NCBI RefSeq assembly: GCF_001194135.2
Contig: NC_068981.1
Span: forward strand, 153,119,120-153,183,119
Length of the DNA stretch: 64,000 bases
Reading direction: 5' to 3'
DNA from: Octopus bimaculoides
Taxonomy: Eukaryota
The position numbers and the translations under genes are program-made. Of the stretch, positions 54,345 through 64,000 are shown in pieces. The notes beneath the pieces were generated by a model. The model was not told where the DNA came from. It did not search any database and was given only the letters and a program-made list of their open reading frames with translations. Every line of letters begins with the position of its first letter. Position 1 is the stretch's first letter.

Positions 54345-54560
54345 ATATTGGTTTCAAATTTTGGCACCATGCCAGCAATTTTAGGATAGGGACAAGTCGA
54401 TTATATCGATCCCAATGTTCAACTGGTGCTTTTTTATCGACTCCGAAAGCACGAAAGACAAAGTCGACCTTGGCAGAATTTGAACTCAGAACGTAAGGAT
54501 GGGTGAAATGCCGCTAAGCATTTTTTCCAGCGTGCTAACGAGACTGCCAGCTCGCTGCCT
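54345..54560 (-). mobile_element. SINE family A
   Basis: Family consensus with tail variant 'ttggtttcaaattttggcac'. Confidence 0.85.
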
Positions 54561-55286
54561 TAGTGTTGGTTGTAGTATGGTCTGTGTTGTCGTTGGTTGC
54601 TGTTCTGGTAGTTGTAGTGTAATTATCGCTGATAATTATAATAGTGGTGGTGGTCGTGGTGGTTCTGGTGGTTCTGGTGGTGCTGTGTGGTGGTGGTTGT
54701 GGTGACTGTAGTGGTGGTGGTTGTGGTGTTGGTTGCGGTGGAGATGGTAGTGGTGGTGGTGATGGTGGTTAGTAATAGTAGTAGTGGTGGCGGTGGCGGC
54801 GGTGGCGGCGATGGCGGCGGCAGCAGTGGTGATGATGGAGGTATTGTTTTTGTTGTTGGTGGTGGTGGTGGTTGTGGTTGTGGTGGTTGTGGTGGTTGGT
54901 AATAGTTGTTGTGGTTGTGGTGGTGATGTGGGCTGGCCGACCGTGCAGCTGGTCCAAGACCGAAGCCACAAAATCTACAATGAAAGGCATATTGTGCTCC
55001 CGAGTCAAAGTCGACGTCCACGATTGATGTGGCGTAGAATGTGACGTGATGGTGTTGCGGCAGCGTTTATAGTGTGCTAATGGTTGTAGTGGTGTTTGCA
55101 TTGGTAATTGTGGTGGTGATGTTTTGCAGCATTTGTTCTGACATTTCACGGCCTGAGTTCAGATCTTACCGATGTCCTTTGAGGATCAATAATATGAAGT
55201 ATCAATCTCATACCGGAATTGATTTAATCGATTAACCTCATCGTTACACATCGGACCTTCAGCCGATGTTAAAAACAATTGTCTAT

Positions 55287-55451
55287 AAGGCGCAGGCGTG
55301 GCTGTGCGGTAAGAAACTTGTTTGCTAATCTCAAGGTTTTGAGTTCAGTCCCACTGTGTGGCACCTTGATCAACTGTCTTCTACTATAACCTCGGGCAGA
55401 TCAAAGTCTTGTGAGTGGATTTGGTAGACGGAAACTGAAAGAAACTCGTCG

Positions 55452-55536
<85 letters not shown>

Positions 55537-55765
55537 ATACTCATACATACATATGTGTGTGTGTGTTTTTTGTTCCCCACCACCGCTTGACAACCGGTGT
55601 TGGTGTATTTACGTCCCTGTACATTGGCTCGGCAAAAGATATTGATAAAATAAGTACCAGGCTTAAAAGAAAAATAAGTACCCGGGTTGATTCATTCGAC
55701 TAATATTTCTTGAAGGCACCAGCATGGCCGCAGTCTAATGACTGAAACCAATAAAAGACAAAAAG
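55287..55765 (+). mobile_element. SINE family B, full-length copy with internal (TA)(TG)(TATC) tract
   Basis: Head ggcgcaggcgtggctgtgcggtaag, B-box gagttcagtccc, CORE-like tgtggcaccttgatcaactgtctt and tail gcatggccgcagtctaatgactgaaacc. Confidence 0.9.
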
Positions 55766-55787
55766 GTAAAAGACATTGTAGCGGTAA

Positions 55788-56010
55788 GGCGGTGAGCTAG
55801 CAGATTCGTTAGCACTCCGGTCAAAATGTTTAGCAGCGTTTCGTCCGACTTTACGTTCCGAGTTCAAATTCTACCGAGGTCGACTTTGCCTTTCTTCCCT
55901 TTCGGAGTCGATAAAATGAGTACCAGTTGAGTACTCGAGTCGATGTAATCGACGTACTCCTTTACCTCGAAATTGCTGGCCTCATGCCTAAATTTGAAAC
56001 CAATAGTGTA
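55788..56010 (+). mobile_element. SINE family A
   Basis: aaggcggtgagctagcagattcgttagc...gagttcaaattc...gtcgatgtaatcgac. Confidence 0.9.
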
Positions 56011-56014
56011 ATGA

Positions 56015-56388
56015 TTATTAGTTCCGCCTTAGCGAAGGCAGAGGTATTGTTTTCAGTCGTCTTTCTTTGTTTGTTTGTCCGTGGACGGGATATCTCAAGA
56101 ACCGCCCGATGGATTCGGATGAAACTTTCAGGGATGTTTGGCCTTATGAGTGGCACGAACTGATTAGATTTTGGGATCGATCCGGTACTGGACAAGGATT
56201 CTGGTTTATTTATCCTGTTTTTTTACTTGATTTTTGAGAGCGGTCAGGTTCATTTTTAGTATTCTCGTTTGTGAGAGAAATCAAGTTTATTTCAGATATT
56301 CTCATTTTAAAAATCATCTCTGGCTAATCGTTGAGAGGATGTTGGTGTTACCTTGGCTGAGGTCTGCGCCCTCTCAGTGCTCTTGTTT
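56015..56388 (+). mobile_element. Helentron-associated (HINE/DINE-1-like) non-autonomous element
   Basis: 5' 'ttccgccttagcgaaggcagagg' hairpin and subterminal repeat, internal (TTTG)n, 'ggattcggatgaaacttt', and a 3' end 'ggctgaggtctgcgccctctcagtgctcttgttt'. This is the HINE layout. Confidence 0.7.
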
Positions 56389-56489
56389 GAATTAGTTTTG
56401 AAAAATCTTGCCTCTCGCAATATAAAATCATTTCTCATGGCTCCAGTAAACAAAATGGAAAAGGCGCTGCCTCGGGGGATGGTGAGAGA

Positions 56490-57105
56490 GGACGAGCTGG
56501 CAGAATCGTTAGCACGCCGGGCGAAATGCTTAGCGGTATTTCGTCTGCCGCTATGTTCTGAGTTCAAATTCCGCCGAGGTCGACTTTGCCTTTCATCCTT
56601 TCGGGGTCGATAAATTAAGTACCAGTTACACACTGGGGTCGATGTAATCGGCTTAATCCCTTTGTCTGTCCTTGTTTGTCCCCTCTATGTTTAGCCCCTT
56701 GTGGGCAATAAAGAAATAGGTATTTCGTCTGCAGCTATGTTGTGAGTTCAAATTCCGCCGAGGTCGACTTTGCTTTTCATCCTTTCGGGGTCGATTAAAT
56801 AAGTACCAGTTACGCACTGGGGTCGATATAATCGACTTAATCCGTTTGTCTGTCCTTGTTTGTCCCCCCTGCGTGTAGCCCCTTGTGGGCAGTAAAGAAA
56901 TAAGAATCGTTAGCACGCCGGGCAAATTGCTTAGTGGCATTTCGTCCGTCTTTACGTTCTGAGTTCAAATACCACCGGGGTTGACTTTGCCTGTTATCTT
57001 TTCGGGATCGATAAAATACGTACCGGTTAAATACTGGGGTCGATGTAATTGATTTATCCCACCTTACTCGAATTTACTGGCCTTGTACCAAAATCTGAAG
57101 CCAAT
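56490..57105 (+). mobile_element. Head-to-tail trimer of SINE family A (two copies with the alternative tail)
   Basis: Full copy 56490-56718, 5'-truncated copy to about 56903, third copy to about 57105. Confidence 0.9.
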
Positions 57106-58123
57106 ATTGTGGTGACGTAATAGTCGTTCTTGTTGCTCTTGTTGTTGGTGGTGGTGGTTGTGGTGATAAAAGACTTGGTTTTGATTCTGTTGTTGGTGGT
57201 GCTGGTAGGGGTCTTCGTGGGGCGGCGGGTTAAGCGGTGATGAAAATTGTTCTTGCTATTGCCATTATCGTGGTCGTTGTCGTTATGTTGTTGTTGTTGT
57301 TGTTGCCGTTGCCATTGTCAATGTTGTTGTTGTTGTTGTTGTTGGCAACGGTAGTGAAATTATTTGGCTCTATGTCGGCCCTGATAGGATAGACTTATGA
57401 TCAAAGGCGATCCAACCGTGACCGACCGCATTATACAATATGCCATTTTTTTTTTTTTTTGTATAAGACGACAGAGATTGATCTGAGGAAGATTTAGCTA
57501 TTTCCTTCCCGTCAAACAAACGCGAAAAGGCTCTGCAACTGGGAGTGGTTTACGGTGGTGATGGTGGCTGTTGTGGTGTCAGTAGGGGTGGTTGCAGCCT
57601 TAGTAGTGGTAGTGGTGGTGACGGCAGTTGCAGTGGCAGTGGCAGTAGAGGGAAAGGTGTTGTTTATGATGGTGGTGATGATGACAGAAGTAGTGGTAGT
57701 GCTGGTAGTGGTAAAGTGCTTACTTTGATGTTCTTGTTGTTGATGATAGTGATGGTGATTGCGGAGATGGTGGTGATAGTAGGGGAAGTGGCTATGGTTG
57801 TTGTTGTTGGTAGTGGTGGTGGTGGCGGCAGTGGTAGTGGGAAAGGTGGTTTATGTTGACGGAGGTGATGACAGATATAGTGGTGGTAGTAGTGGGAAAG
57901 TTGCTGTGGTTGTGGTTGTAGTAGTAGTAGTAGTAGTAGTAGTAGTTGTTGTTGTTGTTGTTGTCATTGTTGTAGTTGTTAGTGGTGGTTGTTGTGGCTG
58001 ACAGAGGTGGTTGTGGTGGTAGCGCAGAAGTTGTTGTTTCTGATGCTGGTGGTGGTGGTGGTAGTGGGGAAAGTTGCTGTGGTTGTGGTTGTAGCAGCAG
58101 CAGTAGTAGTAGAAGTAGTAGTA

Positions 58124-58158
<35 letters not shown>

Positions 58159-58630
58159 TGTTGTTGTTGTTGTTGTTGCTGTTAGTGGTGGTGGTTGTGG
58201 CTGACAGAGGTGGTAGCGCAAAAGTTGTTGTTGCTGGTGGTGGTGGTGGTGGTTGTGGTGGTTGTGGTGGTAGTGGTGGCGGTAAAATTATTTTGTTGAT
58301 CTTGTTGTTGCTGTTGTTGTTGTTTTTGGTGGTGATGGTGATGGTGGTGGTGCTGTTAGAGAGGATGGTTTTTGTTGTGGTTGGTGATATTGGTGGCGTA
58401 GATATTGTTATTATTGAGTTGTAGATGCTGCTGTTGTCTTTGTTGTTGGGTTGATGTTATTGTTATTATTGTCGTTCGTATTGGTGGTGTGAGGGTGGAC
58501 ATCGGCGGCGGCGGTGGCGGTGGTGACGTTGTTGGAGATTCTGATGATGTAGGTGTTGTTGTTGTTGTTGTTATTGTTGTTGTTGTTGGTTTTTTTTTGT
58601 TGATGATGGTGATGTTGGTGAGGTTGGTGG
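57100..58630. repeat. GGT/GTT/GTA low-complexity region with internal 175-190 bp duplications
   Basis: 'gtgggaaagttgctgtggttgtggttgtag...ggctgacagaggtgg' occurs twice. Confidence 0.85.
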
Positions 58631-58819
58631 TGTTTGAGAAAAGGTAGAGGAGCTATCAGATAGAAACTGTGTGGAGGGAATCGGGTGGGGCCAAAATTAT
58701 AAGGAAAGTCTAAGTCTGTCATTAAGAAAGGCAAACAGAGTTCAGTCTAGAATATTCTAAAACTACTGGCAAACATAACAAACGAGGGAGTTACAAAAAA
58801 TATATATATATATAAAATG

Positions 58820-58877
<58 letters not shown>

Positions 58878-60305
58878 TAATAAAGAAAAAAAGAGAAAAA
58901 TTAGGTTTTAAAAAAAGACACGTCAAAATTGGAAAAAGAATATATTTGAGAGAAAAAAATTTTAACGAAGAGATATTTTTAAAAAATACTCGACAAAAGG
59001 GAGAAATAATCAAAAATTCTTTCTGTAGGAAAAAATATAAATGAATGGATAAATAAAAATTAAAGGGAAAAGTGCTTTCATATATGCTAAAATGGTATGA
59101 TGGCATTGATGTAGAATATATTCATTAAGCAAGAACGAAATGTAGAAAAACAGATAGAAGAAAATATAGCGAGAAAGTGAGAGACGAGTCTGGAGTAGAG
59201 GTGGGAGAGGAGGTTGAGAGGGAGGGGGAGGAAATGGTGAGGGGAAAGAGATGGGTGGTAAAAGGAGGAGAGAGACGTGAGAATGACATGGAAGAGTGAA
59301 AGTGAAAGTGAAAGTACTGAAGAAAAAAGACTTGAGTGGGCGAGAAAGTGTAGACGAAGAAAGAGAGTAGAATAGATTGAGATGAGAAAATGTGAGAGAG
59401 AAAGTATGTGAAAGTGTGTGTAAGAGAGAGAGGGAAGGAGGCGGGGAGGGAGAGAGAGAGAGAGAGAGAGAAATGATATGTGCGTGTGATACTGAAATAG
59501 AGAGAGAAAAGAAGGGAAGGGGAACAAATAGAGAGAAGTGATAAGAAATAAGTGAAAAGAATTTCAGGAAAGAGATAGAAAGGAAATTAACAGAATGTAG
59601 AAATGAATAGGAAGAGAAAAAAAAAACTTTAAAAAGGTGGAAAAGATTGCTAGAAATAGAGGGGATGAGAAGAAATGATAGGAAGAAATAAGTTAGAGTA
59701 GGAGGTAAGTAATGTTAGAAAAGAGAGAAGAGAGAGCAGGAAAAATACGAACTGAAATATATATATANNNNNNNNNNATACACATATATATAGTGAGAGA
59801 GAGATGGGGGAAAGGAAAGAACAAAATATAATAGAAAGAAAAATGAAGGAAGGGAAAGACTCGTAGAAAGAGAGAGAGAGAGAGAGAGCGAAGGAGAGAA
59901 AGAGAAAAAGAAAGTATTTTATGATACAAAGATCAAACCTTGTTCTGGTCACATAATAAATCAAGGGACACAAATTGAAATACGAACCAGACGACATTTT
60001 CAAAATGATTAGATCCGGACATATCTTTTCCTTGTGTAGAACGAAGCGTCAATTAAGTGATTTTGATTATAGAGAACAGCTTAACTCCGTTATGGCAAGC
60101 AACTGTCATTAAAACTGTCGCTCTATTGATCTTCATTCGGGAACCTCCTTTCTGTAATGATACCAATTGCTTAACACTCCAACTTGTAATTTTAGTATCT
60201 GTTAGTCTTTATTTGAAGACCTTCGAACTGGAATATACATTAGTTACTGACGTAGGGTGGAAGAAATCGCTGAGAGTTAAGGTTGAGTTGTTGCTGTCTG
60301 TCATG

Positions 60306-60343
<38 letters not shown>

Positions 60344-61849
60344 TATAGATAGATATAGATAAATAGATATATATATATATATATATATATAAGTATGTAT
60401 ATGTATGTATGTGTATATTATCTATNNNNNNNNNNNNNNNNNNNNNNNNNNNNNNNNNNNNNNNNNNNNNNNNNNNNNNNNNNNNNNNNNNNNNNNNNNN
60501 NNNNNNNNNNNNNNNNNNNNNNNNNNNNNNNNNNNNNNNNNNNNNNNNNNNNNNNNNNNNNNNNNNNNNNNNNNNNNNNNNNNNNNNNNNNNNNNNNNNN
60601 NNNNNNNNNNNNNNNNNNNNNNNNNNNNNNNNNNNNNNNNNNNNNNNNNNNNNNNNNNNNNNNNNNNNNNNNNNNNNNNNNNNNNNNNNNNNNNNNNNNN
60701 NNNNNNNNNNNNNNNNNNNNNNNNNNNNNNNNNNNNNNNNNNNNNNNNNNNNNNNNNNNNNNNNNNNNNNNNNNNNNNNNNNNNNNNNNNNNNNNNNNNN
60801 NNNNNNNNNNNNNNNNNNNNNNNNNNNNNNNNNNNNNNNNNNNNNNNNNNNNNNNNNNNNNNNNNNNNNNNNNNNNNNNNNNNNNNNNNNNNNNNNNNNN
60901 NNNNNNNNNNNNNNNNNNNNNNNNNNNNNNNNNNNNNNNNNNNNNNNNNNNNNNNNNNNNNNNNNNNTATATATATATATATATACATGTACATCTATGT
61001 ATATATATGTGCATGTCTGAATACTGTACATATATATGTGTATGTGTGCATTTATATATATATATATATATACATATAAATATATATATATATACATATA
61101 CATACATACATACATACATACATTCATATATGCATATATGTATGTTCAATCAGAAGATGATAAATGCCGGCCTTCGGTTGGGTCGTCTGTAAATATGTAT
61201 CTAAGCAAACGTATAAAACCTAGTCTCAGTTACGAAAACTTCAGTTAGTTAAAAATGAAACGAAACAGATACAGAATGTTGTTCGGATGCTTTATATTGT
61301 TTATTTTGTTACTGATCGTGTTACTGCTGACCTCCTTCACTATACCATAATTAATCAAAAGTTAATCATTAATCATTAATTATTACTACTAGTGTTGTAA
61401 TGTTACATTTAGCTGATGTTGTTATTGTTGTTGTTGTTTAGGATTAAGCCCTGATCAAACTGTCCTATGATCAAAAACGTTCTCATCGTGGCCATCTCTT
61501 ATTTCAAACCACAGTATATCAAAAACTATACAAACCAATATGTCCTTCTCTCTTTTATTTAATATTCTGATAACGAAAAAGTTTGGCGGCTAATTTTAAC
61601 AAATAGAACAGTCGTGGGTAAACTGCAGCTCGCAGGGCTTTCTTAAAGGTACGCCCAACAAGAAATTACTTTGTATTTTTTTTACATTAGTGCCGTCTGC
61701 CTGATAATGAACTGTGTTTCATGTCTATGTTTCTCGAAAATGGTTGTCTATGCTTGATGGAGAGAGTCCCTCTTTGTCATGTGTAGCATTTATTTCAATA
61801 CCAAATGCTGCTCTGAATTATTACTGTTGTTATTATTACAGACTGCAAT

Positions 61850-62065
61850 AAGGCAGCAATCTGGCAGAACCGTTAGCACGCTGGACGAAATGCTTGTTGG
61901 TATTTCGCCCATCGCTACGTTTTGAGTTCAAATTGCACCGAGTTCGACTTTGCTTTTCATCCGTTCGGGGTCGATGAATTAAGTACCAGTGAAACACTGG
62001 AGTCAATGTTGTTGACTAGTTCCTTCCCCCAAAATTTTAAGCCTTTTTATAGTAAAAAAGATCAT
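61850..62065 (+). mobile_element. SINE family A
   Basis: Family consensus. Confidence 0.85.
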
Positions 62066-62069
62066 TACA

Positions 62070-63560
62070 GAGTGCATTCTGTGAAGGAGAAAGTAAACCT
62101 GCCAGTAAAATTTGTAACGCAATTTCAATTCCAACATGTATCGTATTTAAATTTCTTAAATATACTGCCCAAGAAAAATGTACCGTTTTCTTTATGTACA
62201 CAGATCCACCTAGACGTTGTAATACTTCCGTTTCTACCTTCTCTGAAGATAATCTGCTTAATGCCTACCCAGAAAAGTAAGTTTTGTGTAGGGTGCTACT
62301 CTGGGGCTCATCTTATCGGAGAATTAAATGAAACATGTTGTCCAAGACGGTTTTGTCTGTACTTTCCAAGCTGTCTTGCTCTAACACCCTTTCAACGCTG
62401 TCGATTTGCACAAGCTGCTGAGGGGTCCTATACGGCGTCTCGACATGCTAGAAATAGCACCTAAATCAATTTTGAATCACAACCTAAAAAGCAAAGGACC
62501 CATTAGATAATGAATTCGTAGAAAAACAGTATGTTTTAAAAAAAGGTGGGGCTTTGTTAAATCTCATGCCTTTTATCATGAAATTACGCTCGATCAAAGC
62601 TGACCTAGACGAAAAATATACTGGAAACTTTTTATTGTTTATCATCTACTAATGGCCTCTGAACCTCGAGAGCTTCTGCGAAAAGCGTCGCCAACAAAGC
62701 CTTTAGCAATGTCTTGAATGTAAATTTCCGAGGTTAGTCGTCCATTTATAAACTCTATTCGATGCTCTCCAAGTGTCATATCAAACCACTCCACCACAGT
62801 ATGCATCAACAGGATTTCCCTGAACACGTATTTCACGAGCCCTGGCATTTCCCAAGTCCTGTTAAGAGTTGAAGACACCTGATTCTACACATTAATGAGA
62901 TACTTAATGTTACTTCTAAGTGCAAACTTCCGGGAAGAGAAAAATCTGATGATGGTGCTAAATAATTAATAAGTGGGAAGAGAGGGGCCACACATTTTAA
63001 CGCTTTAGTCTGAAAGTCAACTAGTCTAATTTGGAGACAGTTGCCATCCATGTGGGTTCCAGTTCGGATTTCGGATTTAAGTTTGATTTTCGGATTTCAG
63101 AACGACACCCATGCTATTGCGGGTTTACATTAGATGTTTTTCTTCACCCGTCATTATGTTGCCTCAGCATCGGCCGCATCTTTCGGTGTGCCACTTTCAA
63201 TGTTATTGTTTAGCGTGGTTTGGACACAACCGGCTTTCCATCAAAACTGGATCTGGCAAGATGAAACTGCGGAAACAGTTAAAGACCGGATGACATCATA
63301 ATCTTCTCGCTCGGAGATGGTAAGACTTTTATCTGCGATACGGCCCGCAGTGATACTATCTCCAGCGGCAACCTTGGGAAATCAGCATCAGACCAAGGAT
63401 CTGTCGCCGACAAACGGAGCCTCAAGCACCGGGTGTTCTTCGATAGTTTCTTCTCTGATTAATAATAATAGAATCGCCCACAGTTCAGGACTCCCGAATC
63501 ACCCACTTACATTGTTTAATCTGGATAGAGATTGTCATTCGCAGTCACGAACGCTGTGAG
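62070..63560 (-). mobile_element. CR1-clade LINE RT relic interrupted by a family E repeat at about 62430-62615
   Basis: Minus peptides in RT order: NNIESGT-PKD (SLESGxVPxDW-like), WEMPGLVKY (GFMPGRSC-like), EIYIQDIAKGF (VIYLDFAKAF-like), VLDNMFHLILR*DE (VLGPLLFLIYINDL-like), IHVG. Confidence 0.6.
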
Positions 63561-63744
63561 ACGGATTTTCTTTTCGGAGCATTTTTTCCCTTTTCTTGGG
63601 AATAACACATTCGCCAGTTTGTCCGCCAGATCTATGAAATATCAGAATGACTTGATGTAATGTATATCTTTATAAACAAACCCTTCAATTAAATTACCTA
63701 AAAAGGAAGTAAAACAGAGACTAGAAAAGGGAAAAGAGGGAACT

Positions 63745-63790
<46 letters not shown>

Positions 63791-63903
63791 NNNNNNNNNN
63801 NNNNNNNNNNNNNNNNNNNNNNNNNNNNNNNNNNNNNNNNNNNNNNNNNNNNNNNNNNNNNNNNNNNNNNNNNNNNNNNNNNNNNNNNNNNNNNNNNNNN
63901 NNN

Positions 63904-63941
<38 letters not shown>

Positions 63942-64000
63942 GGTGTGTCTGTGTGAAAGAGAGAGATAATAGTAATGTGAGAGTCGAAAAATCTTCGATG

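Noticed and set aside
61922-62464. Longest gap-free ORF in the track (180 aa)
   Set aside because: Starts inside a SINE A copy and runs antisense to a CR1 relic.

Overview
AT-rich eukaryotic scaffold with about 15 N-gaps. The very high microsatellite load and the SINE and LINE families present point to an octopus genome; this is inferred from repeat content, not a database result. I found no convincing host protein-coding exon, rRNA, true tRNA or CRISPR array. Nearly every ORF in the supplied track is a translated microsatellite, an N-run or a transposon relic. The window is an intergenic or large-intron repeat landscape. It holds two abundant tRNA-derived SINE families (called A and B here), two smaller repeat families, and LINE relics of the R4/Dong (RLE), CR1, RTE and L1-Tx1 clades. 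DNA-transposon relics include a nearly full-length Tigger/pogo, a mariner deletion derivative with long inverted ends, a hAT MITE and a Helentron-type HINE. The most notable signals are: a type I hammerhead-ribozyme motif at 24131-24208 (minus) with an inverted, covarying sister copy beside it; RLE retrotransposon ends sitting inside (TAA)n and (CATA)n microsatellites; a Tx1 LINE 5' end joined to a SINE head; SINE-plus-linker tandem arrays repeated 6 kb apart; and several motif-dense unique islands that may be cis-regulatory. Element boundaries were read by eye and are approximate to tens of bases unless an exact motif is quoted.
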